The notes beneath the pieces are model-generated. The model searched no databases and had not been told where the DNA came from. It was given only the letters and a program-made list of their open reading frames with translations. Of a stretch of DNA of 64,000 bases, positions 22,985 through 34,200 are shown piece by piece (within the stretch, counting starts at the first letter, position 1; each line of letters opens with the position of its first letter). Made by a program: the position numbers and the translations under genes. Origin of the DNA: Diplonema japonicum. Taxonomy: Eukaryota > Protista > Euglenozoa: Diplonemea. The stretch lies in contig OZ025750.1 in the NCBI GenBank assembly GCA_964019335.1, positions 186,001 to 250,000 on the forward strand. Reading direction: 5' to 3'.

Positions 22985-25132
22985 ATGCCGCTGGAACAGC
23001 ACGCCCCGTTCAGCTGGGCAATGCGGCCGGGAGACACACCGCAAGACATTTATAACAAGAAGCTAATGGTAGTTGTAGCTTTCGCTTCCCTGTTCACAGC
23101 GATCGGGTCTTGGGTGCTGAAATTGTATTCAGGTCTCTTGGGTGAATCTACAATCTTCATCTTTTTTGTAGTTGGCCTCATCAGCTTGCAGGTATTTGAA
23201 GGCAGATACAGACCACTCGTGATCGAGGCCGCAATCTACTTAAGTGTTTTGGCGCTCATAATGCAGGATTATCACTTTGCAGCATTGGTTGGGACAACGA
23301 GTGTGTGGTTCTCTATTCTTGTTTACATCGATATCTGTCTGGTGTTGCGCTTGCCCAGCCGTGTGACCAAGAACATCCTTGTAGTCCTCATTATGTGGAT
23401 AGTGGTTCGGTACATAGAGCAGGCCTACCGTTTTGGCCTCCTTGATGCTGGCTTTCTCCCAACACAGGACGAGAGGCGTGAATATATCAATGAGACGATC
23501 GGCTGCACGTCGCTCCCGTGCCCATATCCTGTCGAGTGGGCCGTTACTTCCACCTACCGTTCTATACTCCTCCTCTTGCTTGACTTCTACTTCACAAGAG
23601 GCTTTGCTTCCAGACTCTTCAAAGAGAGGGACAAGATGGACAAGGTGATCAAAACAGCTGAGCACATTGCCGACTCCCTCTCGAAGTTCGACCTCGCCCA
23701 GGCTGAGGCTGTCCTTGGGGACTCTGAGCTCCCCGAGCCCATGCACGACGCCTTCAGCAGGATCCTCGACAACCTCCGCAGATACCGCCCCTACCTCCCT
23801 GAGGCCCTGTTCTTGGAGCTGAGTTCTTCGAACAGCGATTTGCATGATGTCCCCGCCCCCGGCCTCGTGTCAAAGCGTGTGGCGATGGTGTTCACTGACA
23901 TCCAGGGGTCGACGGCGACATGGGAAGCGAGCCCCGATGGGATGAAGGAAGGGCTTCGGGTTCACAACAATGTGATGCGGGCATGTGCTGTGGCTTGGAA
24001 CGGGTACGAGGTGAAGACGATCGGGGACGCCTTCATGGTCGCCTTTGAGCGGACCTGCGATGCTGTGTCCTTCTCCTTGTCTGTTCAGGAGGGCCTTGTT
24101 GAGGCAGTGTGGCCTGCGGGACTTCTCCAGCTGGACCACTGTTCCTACGATGACGACGGCCCTTGGTGCGGGCTCCGTGTTCGGATCGGTGTCCACTGTG
24201 GTGAGGTGGATGCACAGCTGAACACCCTGACAGGTAGGTACGACTACTTCGGGAACACTGTGAACAAGGCGGCTCGGATGGAAGGGGCGTGCATCGGTGG
24301 AGCGGTTGCGGTGACACCTGAGGTGATGGAAGACAATGAGGTGGGCGATATGCTCCAAGAGCTAGAGGTGATCCCAATGGGGGTGACGAAGCTGAAGGGG
24401 ATCGAGGCGCCCGTGGACCCCTTCCTATTTCTGCCGAAAGCACTTCGGCAGAGGCGTGAATTCGTTGAATCACAACTTCTTCTGAGCAAAGAAGACCGAA
24501 AGCTTATCGTCAGAGACAGCATCACCAGCATATCACTAGCACCTGCTCCCCTGAAGACGGTCCCCTCGGCTACTGTGTGCAAGGCGGAGGTGCAGCTTGA
24601 CACGGACGATGAGGGATTTGAGGTGACACACATTCTGAACGAGCTTCTTGCGAAGGTGACCCTTTGTGTGGAGCGAACGCACGGTGTGGTGATCTCCCTC
24701 CAGGGGAGCAGGGTGGCCCTTGGGTGGAACGCCTCGCGACCCTGCTCCTCTCACGTGGAGAGCGCCTTCACCTTTGTGAAGATGCTACACCGTTCGTATG
24801 GGGAAGGGGATGCCACTAATGTACATCTCGGGCTGTCGAGCAGCCTCGCACACCACGGGACCCTTGGTGGAGGGAGCCAGCGGTTTGTTGCGGTTGTGGG
24901 GAGCTGTCTTGGGGTGAGCGATGCCCTGTGCACGATGGGGATGCAGAGGGGGCTGTACTGCTTGTATGGGTCGTCGTCCTCGAGCCTGAGGGCCTCTGGG
25001 GTACGTCTGCAACTACTTGACAACGTTGCAGTACTCGGGCACCCCTACACAAAGGCACATGAGGTTGTGATGGCAAGTTCTTTTTCTAGCAGTGTGCACT
25101 GGGGCCTAAACGATGTTTTGAGTCAGCCTTAG
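22985..25132 (+). CDS. Multi-TM class III adenylate cyclase (paralog 5)
   Basis: 715 aa; distinct N-terminal TM module, conserved catalytic core. Confidence 0.92.
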   Translation: MPLEQHAPFSWAMRPGDTPQDIYNKKLMVVVAFASLFTAIGSWVLKLYSGLLGESTIFIFFVVGLISLQVFEGRYRPLVIEAAIYLSVLALIMQDYHFAALVGTTSVWFSILVYIDICLVLRLPSRVTKNILVVLIMWIVVRYIEQAYRFGLLDAGFLPTQDERREYINETIGCTSLPCPYPVEWAVTSTYRSILLLLLDFYFTRGFASRLFKERDKMDKVIKTAEHIADSLSKFDLAQAEAVLGDSELPEPMHDAFSRILDNLRRYRPYLPEALFLELSSSNSDLHDVPAPGLVSKRVAMVFTDIQGSTATWEASPDGMKEGLRVHNNVMRACAVAWNGYEVKTIGDAFMVAFERTCDAVSFSLSVQEGLVEAVWPAGLLQLDHCSYDDDGPWCGLRVRIGVHCGEVDAQLNTLTGRYDYFGNTVNKAARMEGACIGGAVAVTPEVMEDNEVGDMLQELEVIPMGVTKLKGIEAPVDPFLFLPKALRQRREFVESQLLLSKEDRKLIVRDSITSISLAPAPLKTVPSATVCKAEVQLDTDDEGFEVTHILNELLAKVTLCVERTHGVVISLQGSRVALGWNASRPCSSHVESAFTFVKMLHRSYGEGDATNVHLGLSSSLAHHGTLGGGSQRFVAVVGSCLGVSDALCTMGMQRGLYCLYGSSSSSLRASGVRLQLLDNVAVLGHPYTKAHEVVMASSFSSSVHWGLNDVLSQP

Positions 25133-25288
25133 ATAACGAATGAAGAATCTTTTCCTTTTTCTATCTATGATAGAATTTTAGGTGTGCTGTTCTAGCCATT
25201 CTTTTTACGAACCTGCGACGGAACTCTGACACCCCCCCCCCCCCCCCCCCCTTAGTGTTTTTCTTTTTTGTTTTTTTTTTTTTTTTCA

Positions 25289-25330
25289 GGCGTCCTGCAA
25301 CATACCGCAGGTACCCTTAAAATGTCTCTT
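25289..25330 (+). mobile_element. ~40-bp retroelement 3' tail between T tracts (second stub at 25635-25655)
   Basis: cctgcaacataccgcaggtacccttaaaatgtctc matches 12709-12747 and 54372-54411. Confidence 0.6.
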
Positions 25331-25690
25331 TTTTTTTTTCTATTTTTAAAGATATGGAAAAGCAATAAAAAAAAGAAGAAAGAGGAAACGAAGAGTCTCC
25401 CCCCCCCCCCCCCCCCACCTCACACGCACTGAGCACGATTTCTTTTAGTAGATGTAAGCATACTGAACGGCAACAAAGCCTCCTTTAACCCATGAGTCTT
25501 TTCTTTGTGCACTTGTGGCAAGGGAACTGCGCCAGTTCTTTGAAGCTTTTTCTTTTTTTTTGCATTAATAGATAGGAACTCAGACCACAAGAGGCTGTCC
25601 TCCAGTGGGATTGTCGTTTACTATGAGTTTTTTTAGGTACCCTTAAATGTCTCTTTTTTTTGGGGGGGGGACCGAAGAATACCGAAAAAG

Positions 25691-25772
25691 AAGAACTGGC
25701 CGTTGTTTGTACGTGCCGGGTAGATTGGCAACGTTCCCTTTTTGTTTAGACAAGTCAAAAGACTGGTTCTTG
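25691..25772 (-). repeat. Copy of the ~110-bp SINE-like repeat
   Basis: Reverse complement of 43024-43136 with an internal deletion. Confidence 0.7.
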
Positions 25773-26099
25773 AGGTGGTGGGGGATAACATGGAAGATAT
25801 AAAAAGTACATCAGATGTGTTGTTCGCAGAATCTTTGGTTACCCGGGGCACCCAGGCTGGGGTTGAGTTGCAGCCGAGGTGCGCCCCCTGCAATCAGGTA
25901 GATAGCCATGTAACGATACATACTTGGCGCCACTTAGTGTGCAGTCAAAGCCCCATTTATTATCCACGTTTTTACACAAAGTACCTTATTGTTTGACAAA
26001 AGAAAATTCTACTAGGATTTTCTTCCCCGCTTTTCCACTTTTTTTTTTAATCAGTTCTTCCTCTCTGCAGGAATAAGAAAAGAAGAAAAGAAAAAAAGG

Positions 26100-26290
26100 G
26101 TTAGTTAATTGTTGTTTGTTGCACAGCCGGGATTAACCTGTAGAAGGAATTAAGCCAAACAATGCTACCACTGCTCTTTTTTTTTTTTTTTTTTTTTAAC
26201 AATTACAATTCATTTATCAAAAAAAAGAAAGAAAGAAGAAAAAGAAAAAAAAAAGAAAAGCACTGTAAAAGAACACAGAAAGAATGAGAT
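26100..26290 (-). repeat. Inverted copy of the 6382-6615 dispersed repeat
   Basis: ttaacctgtagaagga and tgctaccact are reverse complements of blocks in the 12790 copy. Confidence 0.6.
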
Positions 26291-26661
26291 CTCTTTTTTC
26301 TTTTGTTTTGTTTTTGTGTCTAAGCAGCACCGTTCTTCCTTTAATCATTTTGATAAAACGGTTTGACCCCAAAAAAAGACGGAATTTATGCATTTTCGAG
26401 GACTGAAGAAATCAAATGTTCAGAAGGCATTACAGCATATGGACCGTACTCCCTTGTACAGTTGCGTGCTTCTTGGAGGGGCAGTTCGGAGTTACAAGCT
26501 GCTTGATTTTGTTTTTATCAAAGGTATTATACCTTTTTCGTTATTCCTTTACAAGAAACTGATAACAATCAGTGTACCGTCCTTTTTAAGGGTTAAAAAC
26601 TTTGTTTGTTTTTTTCCCTTTTTTTTTTATTCTGTTTTTTTTTTTTTTTTTTTTTTTTTTT

Positions 26662-28571
26662 CATCCTGGTGAACGCTCTGGTGTCAGTGATGGTGAAGTG
26701 CGTGATTGCTGAGGTACCTGGCTCGCGATCGCTGTCGTACGCGGACGACGCGTACCTACTTGCGCGTTTGGTCGAGGTACTCAAGAGAGCGACCAACAAA
26801 ACAATCGAGTTTTGCGAGCGGACAGGCATGCGCCTTAACGAAAACAAGTCACAAGCATTCTCGACGAAGGATGAGATCGGCCCTTGGTTGAAGTGCACAG
26901 GCTCATCGTTCAGAGTGACGAAGGGGATCAAGGCGCTTGGCGTGATCCTGAACATGAACGGGAAACATAGTTTGGACAAGCTACATTCCGCCGAAGGCCG
27001 TTTGTCCCGGCTTGGTGCATTGCCATTAAGCTTCGGGAACAAGGCGTCAATGCTGACGGGCACTGTGCTACCATCCTGTCTATACGGTACGACCTACGCT
27101 GCGCCGTCTGACAACCAGCTGAAGAAGCTCTGTACAGCGACGGTGACTTCCCTGTGGGGACCGCGCTTCAGGATGAGATCCCCGATGGCTGTGCTCAATG
27201 TGCTGTTACCTGGACACACAGCATATCCACAAGCGAAGATTGTTTACAACACGGTGAACTGCCTGGTGCGAGAAAGCCTCACCTCCCCACAACTGTGGCA
27301 GCGAGTCAATGAGATTGTTACACTGTACCGGGAGCGAGAGGACGACGAGGAGAGGGGGCCGCTAGGGGTCTTGCTGAAGAGGTGGCTACCCTTCCTGAAC
27401 AAGGGGTGGTCCTTCATTGAAGGTTTGCGCGCTCTGGTGCCCAGTGCGAGACGCCATGAAGTAAGACAGGCGATCAGACCGGCTGTTGCAAAGGAATTGA
27501 TCCACGGCAGGTCGTCTTTTGCTGGAATGGAAGCGGGTGCATGTCCGTCCACGAACGCCTGGTGGAGGAAGCTCCAGTCACGGAGACCGCTGATATCGTA
27601 CAGACTGCGGCGGATCATCAGCGGTGCAGTGTTCACGGTACACCCTCGAGTGTGGGGGAAGCAATTGGATGAACGTGAGGGTGTGGAAAGCTCGTCTCTT
27701 GCGTGCGACGTCTGCGACCATCGATGCCAGACGACGACAGAAGTCACGGAGCACGCCCTGTGGGAATGTGCACCAGCGAGAGCTGCCCTGACAAACGAAA
27801 GATATGGCGGGATGACACGAAGTGACCTACCTGCAGTGACCGCCCTCCACGGGATCATTCCAAGGGGCGCAACGGGGGCTGCGAAGCAACAGGCGGCAGT
27901 CGTGCAACGATACCTGTTGGATGTCGTGACAAGACGAGACGCCAGAGCGGCTGAACGGAGCACCAGAATCCTCACCACCAACCCGTGGGATGAGATCACA
28001 ACGGGGAAGCAGCACACTGTGCCCACAGTGGAGCTGTTGAAATCGAACGGAGCGTCGGGAAAGGTCCTAATGTTCTACATGAAGAGCGTCCTCAGGTGGC
28101 TGAAAAGCCTAAGATGGTACGCAGGCAGGAAGTTGACGTCCGTCACGACGATGGAGCTCGCAGTAGACTATGAGCAGGCCACCCGGCAGTCCTTGGCTGG
28201 ACCCCTCGACGACCAGGACTGGCTCACAGAGAAGGCTGGAAGGATGCGATACATCTTAGGACGTATTCAGAAATGCACAGCAAAGAGTGGGAAGAATGCT
28301 TTCCCCGCCAACGCAAAGACAAGGGTACACACCCTTCGACATCTTGGGGGCCCGACGACACACGGCTACGACAGGAGACCACTCTTCTCCTCGAGCCAAA
28401 CCGCCCCCTACCTAGCACGACTCCAAGCAATGTTTCTCGCCCAGATGCCGTCCATCTCATCGCGACAAACAGCCACTGCAGGCACCAGACAGCAACCGCA
28501 GAACGGTGACCGATTAGTGTGAATTTCTCCCTGAACGGTGAGCACCCACCCGCACACCGAAATTTATCAAA
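26662..28571 (+). mobile_element. LINE-C: 5'-truncated non-LTR retrotransposon (end of RT, CCHC finger, C-terminal domain)
   Basis: Open frame to 28522 with SYADDAYLL, LWGPRFRMR, CDVC...HALWEC and WLKSLRW...ELAVDYE; begins right after a long T tract. Confidence 0.88.
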
Positions 28572-28750
28572 TTTTTTTTTTTTTTTTTTTTAGTTGTATC
28601 CGTAACGTTATTATTTTCTTTCTTGTGGGCCGTTGCTTGCCACTTCGTTCCTGTCATAGTGAATTTTTTCTTTTTTTCCTGTCTTTTTTTTTTTTTTTTT
28701 TTCTTAGCTCCCACCACAAAAAAAAAAAAAAAAAAAAAAAAAAGGAGAGC

Positions 28751-30415
28751 ATGTTTCTCTGCTGGCGCTTGCAGTGTTTTCTGTTGGCTGTCATCTGCCA
28801 GTGTACCCATGGCTTGAACGTTACTACCCCTACTGATGACAACAGCACCACCCCCGTGCAGGGCCCCTCTGATGATGTGTACGGGTCTCCCAACGAGAGC
28901 TCCCCCATGGCCACACCTGAGTATGACAATAGCACAGACACCCCTGGCGACATGCCTGCTGAAGAGCCGATGGGGGTGCCTGCTGTGGATACCCCCCAGG
29001 AGTCCACACCCACTATAACTACTACAACCGTCACATTGACAGGGCAAGTTCCCTCTGACCCCCCAATACCAGCTCCTTCTCCACTTCCCATCGGCTCCCC
29101 CTTTGCCATACCATCTACCGTACCTGATGAAGCTCCGCAAGCGACGCCTCTGGTTGTACCGCAGGATGCGCCTGTTGTTACACCGCAAATTGTACCAGTG
29201 GTTTCACCAGAGGTGGTTCCTGAAGGGTTGGTACCTGTAGTGCCGCCGCAGGTCGTTCCACGTGAAGCACCGCAAACTGTTCCAGTTGTGTCGCCACAGG
29301 CTGTTCCAATTGTGACACCGCAGATTGTTCCAGCTGTGACACCGCAGGTTGTTCCAATTGTGACACCGCAGGTTGTTCTGGTGTCACCACAAGTTGTTCC
29401 ACAATCGGTTCCGGAAGCGGTGCCAGAAGCAGATGTGGGCCCGCAGAATGAACCGCCAATGAACGTGAACAGCACGCCGGAAGCCGTGGCGGAGCCGGTG
29501 GGGGCACCCCCGAACGAAACAGGCGGTGTACCGGTTGCGGAACCACTGCAGCCTCCAATAGCTACGGTAACGATGACAACGGTAGTACCGGTGGCGGTGC
29601 CGTCCGCAGGGAGCGGCGGGGGCACTAGCTGGTGCAACAACGACGCAACTTGCAGAATATTCGGGGATACTGCGGCAAACTGCACGGCGGACAACACATG
29701 CGTGTGCTCCCCCACCCACCAGCACGTGTCGACGGGCACACTGACAGCGTACATCTGCGTCGAAAAGGGAAGCACCGCAGCCATCGTCGTCAAGGTGGTC
29801 ATCAGTCTAATCTTTTACATCGACTGCTCCATCTACCGCAATGTACATAGAGTCTCCTTGCAAAACATCTTAGAAGGCGTACTGGGAGGTATTGTAGGTG
29901 CTATGCGTGCAGCTTGTGGATCACTAGTCGTCATGGCAGAGGTGGAAGGCGTCGACCCACTACGCCTCACGCAGGTGGACCTCAAGTCCGCAGTTAATAC
30001 CGAGCTTGATAAACCACAGTACGCCTTCTTAAAAAATGATTTAGGTGTTGTGGGGGATACAACGATGGACATTGGTGGGAGCTCTTGTACTGTGCCCAAC
30101 GCGGTGGTCACCTTTAAGCTGCCTTCGGGGGTCTGCTCGCCGATTCGCTGTGAAGATGGCTTTGCGCTCACCGCTTTGACATGCAGCTTCGTCACGCCAA
30201 CGCTGATTGCGACCAGCGATTCTGATGATAGCCTCACGGGGGCCTCCATTGCTGCCATTGTCATAGTGTCGCTGCTGGGGGTTTCTATCTTTGCTGCCAT
30301 AGGCTTCTGTGTGTTGCGTAGCAGTACGTCCATGAGCGGGCCTGACGAAGATGACGAAGACTTGGTGTGGACAGAAGAAAAAGAAAAAAAAAAAAGAAAA
30401 GAAATCACAGCATGA
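28751..30415 (+). CDS. Type I membrane surface protein: signal peptide, Pro/Thr/Val-rich repeats, Cys-rich (EGF-like) module, C-terminal TM
   Basis: MFLCWRLQCFLLAVIC signal; ~8-aa VPxVTPQx repeats; CNNDATC...CVC; IAAIVIVSLLGVSIFAAIGF TM segment. Confidence 0.75.
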   Translation: MFLCWRLQCFLLAVICQCTHGLNVTTPTDDNSTTPVQGPSDDVYGSPNESSPMATPEYDNSTDTPGDMPAEEPMGVPAVDTPQESTPTITTTTVTLTGQVPSDPPIPAPSPLPIGSPFAIPSTVPDEAPQATPLVVPQDAPVVTPQIVPVVSPEVVPEGLVPVVPPQVVPREAPQTVPVVSPQAVPIVTPQIVPAVTPQVVPIVTPQVVLVSPQVVPQSVPEAVPEADVGPQNEPPMNVNSTPEAVAEPVGAPPNETGGVPVAEPLQPPIATVTMTTVVPVAVPSAGSGGGTSWCNNDATCRIFGDTAANCTADNTCVCSPTHQHVSTGTLTAYICVEKGSTAAIVVKVVISLIFYIDCSIYRNVHRVSLQNILEGVLGGIVGAMRAACGSLVVMAEVEGVDPLRLTQVDLKSAVNTELDKPQYAFLKNDLGVVGDTTMDIGGSSCTVPNAVVTFKLPSGVCSPIRCEDGFALTALTCSFVTPTLIATSDSDDSLTGASIAAIVIVSLLGVSIFAAIGFCVLRSSTSMSGPDEDDEDLVWTEEKEKKKRKEITA

Positions 30416-31284
30416 GCCAACTACTGAGTTTGTTGTATGAAGATACAAAAGAAAAAGTACAAAAAGGTTAGAAGAAAAGGAGAGACCCAGGGAGGGAGGG
30501 GGTTTTTTTTTTCCCCCTCTTTCCCCGTATATCTCTATACGGGCAAGAGGCCGGTCTGTTTTGGGATAAAAAAAAAAGAAAAGAAGAAATGCGGTGGCCA
30601 CCCTATTCCGATCAAAACGCGCGTCCCCCCCCCCCCCCCCCCCCCCCCGGGCAGAATGGCCGGGTCTGGGTGCGTCCTCACCAGACACAAGAAAACCTTT
30701 TAAAACAAGGGTTACATGTCTGACTGCATGCAGCTTCGGCCAAAGAAAAGGATCCCCCCCCCCCCTACTGCAAGGAAACGGGGACTAGGCATGCAGTCTG
30801 AGAGGTGAAGCTCGCCAAATGTGTGTCGCTTGGCTACAAACATCCCACCCCCATGTACCTTATGGTGCATCTCGGAGTACTCTAAAAAGATCGAAAGAAA
30901 AGATTTTTTTTACCCCATTTTCTTTTTCTTTTTTGTACATTTTTCCTTTTATTTTATAAGGTCGTCACAACGTTTTCATCATACACCCGAATATGAGAAG
31001 AAGATTGGAGGGAGGGGGGGGGACAGAGAGGAAGCGAGAAAACAAGAAAGAAAAAGAAAAGATAAAAAAGAAAAAAGAAACGAAAAAGAAAAGGGTGGTT
31101 TTACAACCATGATATAAAACAAAAAAAGAACAAAAAGCAATTCTATTCATTCCCTTTCCCCCCCCCCCCCCCCCCCCTTCATTCACACATCACAAACATC
31201 CTTACAGGCGAGGGAGAGGAGGAGGAGGGGGAGAGAGAGAAAAGACAGCTCCCTCAAATAAAAGAGAAAAAAAAGAAAGGTACA

Positions 31285-34200
31285 ATGTTGCTAGCGCTGT
31301 GCTTCGTGCTGTTCGCAGGCACGGGGAAAGCATGTCTCATCGAAAACCGCTTGGTCGGTAAAACAAAGCATCTAAACGTCGCTGAGTACTATAAGGTCCG
31401 CAACGGGGTCGTGGCATGCCCGGAAATCTCGAGTATGGTAGAAGCACACGACCTGGACCTGCGCTTTCTATCGGACACACAGGCTTTCGGCGTGAAACCG
31501 TGGGCGAGGCACCTTAACGAAGACCGCTTCGCAATCTACCAAGAGATGTTTGCAAGAAAGGACCCTGCCTTGGACCTGATCTACATCGACGCACAATGGG
31601 TCGCACCAATGGAGGACAACCTAATGGATTTGTCAAGCTTGGACTTCTCCAATGTGCGGCAAAAGTTTGTAAGGCGGCACACCACCGACCCGAAGAAAAT
31701 TGTGTCTGTCTCGGGGCATTCTAACCAGATTGTTTTTTTTTACAGAAAGGATCTCTTTGACAAACACGGGGTCAGCTGGCCGGAGACAATGGAGGAGTTC
31801 GACAGGGTTGTCCGCCATGTACAAGACGAGGAGCGCAAGGAGAGATCAGAAGACTCATTATTCTGGGGATTCACTATCGCCACCGATGACTCAACTAACC
31901 GAATCACGTACATGTTGTCCACATTGTTATCAAGTGAAGACGGTGGGAGCATTGTAGAGGAGAACGGAGAGGTAAGCATTAATAACGCCAACGCCGTCAA
32001 GGTCATCAACAGATGGAAGAAGTGGTTCGATAATATTACGCCGATAAGCGCGTTCGGGATGTCTACAACTGACTCGAAGGAGTTCTTCCTTGAAGACCGC
32101 ACCGCTGTTATTCTGGTGTGGTCGGACCACTCGGAGTATTTCAACAACCTCAACGGAAGCTGGAAAGTCGAGGCCGCACCCGTCCCCGGAAAAAACGGAG
32201 CGGGTTGTTCCGGCGACTGGTCCATCGCTTTGACTGAACCCCCTGAAAAGTACAAGCGGGACCATCTTCTAAACATGACGCAAATCCACATTAACCACAT
32301 GACTGAAACATCTCTTCGAGGTGATCTTGAACCCTTGACCCTCGACTATCTGCAGAGTTTCGATTCCGACCTTTGGAAGGCATACGAGATGGACAACCCG
32401 ATCCTGGCACGCTCTATCAAGCGCTACCCTGACTTCTGGAACCGAAGCACGCACAGGCCGTCGGCGGGTTGCGGGGATTTGTACAGTACTTGTGCCGAGG
32501 TTATCTATCGAAACATATATAAGTTCTTGAAAAGTAGTGGCGAACCAGACGCAAAAGCCACGGTTGTCCAGCTAGAGAAAGACCTCCAGGTTCTGTTGGG
32601 GTACTGGACGCACGAGGACGTGAAGAACAAGGAAAGCGAGTGGACAACCTCAAGAATCATGCTGGTCGTCGTGTGCTTTACCAGCGGGGCTATGTTCCTC
32701 TTTATGGGCTTCTACGTAAGACGCGAGACGCAACGCATGCGACAGGTCAGGGGCCTGGCCGCACCCATATCAGTGTTGCTCGGCGCAATTGTAATGGCGT
32801 ACGGAGGCATGTTATCGACTAGCCTCATAGTGTACCAGTCCACCGAGGTAAAGGGAATCTCCAGCAATCTCGCAAAGGACGTCCGCTTGCAGTCAATGAT
32901 CGGGATGGAAAACCTGGTGACGGTGACGTTGGAAAGCTTGAAATCGCAATCATTGGCGTCGGGAACAATGATACAAATCGCTCTCGCGGCAGCGAAAAAC
33001 TTTCTGGGCAGGATGCAACTCAGCTCCCTGTCGTTGGTCATCCTCATGGACCGTGCGGACGGGAAGATCCTGCTATCGTCGAACCCATCTGTTCAACCAG
33101 AGGGCGATGGGAACAACACCCATGTCCCTCTTTTCCAGGAGGCTTTGAACCAATACGACTGGAGGGACGGCTCTGACATCAAACCGTCAACCACGCACAC
33201 CATTGACGTCTCCCACGACACATGGCATGTCAACGCGTTGAAGCTAGACTTCGAGACAGAAGGTGACGAGGGCTTCCTCGGGATATCCTGGATGTTGATC
33301 TACATGACACCGGAGTCAGTCATTCTTGCAAGGGCAAACAGGGTGATGGACCAGTCTCTTGACCTCGCATTGTTGCTAACCATCCTCGCGGCCGTCTTCG
33401 CTGTCATGTCTGCGGTGTTGATATCCCGCCCGTTGGTCAACCTTGCTGTGGACATGGAGTTCGTTCGGACAATGGACGTCGATGTCCCCCACACCCAGCA
33501 CAGCGTGCTGACAGAGGTAAAAGCGTTGCTGTTGGGATTCTCCGCGTTGTGCAGAATTCTGAAGGAGTACAAGTCGTTTCTTCCCGATGCGCTGTTTCAA
33601 GATGATGAATCAACTCGCGTGTCGCTACCAAGGCTGGGTAGAAGGCCTCCTTGCGTGGACGGCCTTGCCGCCATTGTCTTCACCGACATCCAATCCGCAG
33701 CGGAACTGTGGTTCAGAGCACCCGCCGCCATGAAGAAAGCAATGCGTACGCACAACAGCGTCATGCGGGCACGCGCGGAGGAGTTCGACGGGTACGAGAC
33801 GAACACAGTCGGCGACACGTTTGCCATTGCGTTCGAAACCATCGACAGTGCGATGAAGTTCTGCCTCGCGGTGCAGGTCGACTTGTACAACTCAACATGG
33901 CCGCCGGAGCTCCTCGCCATACCATTATGCAAACATGTCCCAGATGCGTGGAACGGGCTCCGCGTGAGGATGGGAGTCCATTACGGAGATGTTCACATCA
34001 GCGATTCCCCCATTACCGGCCGCGCAGATTACATGGGACCAGCCATGAACACCGCAGCACGTCTCGAGTCTGCTGGGGTTGGCGGAGGCGTCTCAACGAC
34101 AACAGACACCTTCGGTGAGGTGGACCTCGACGCACTGGGCTACCCTTACAACACTGAAATCACCGCGGACGACATTTCCGGCGTCCCCGGACAGGTTATC

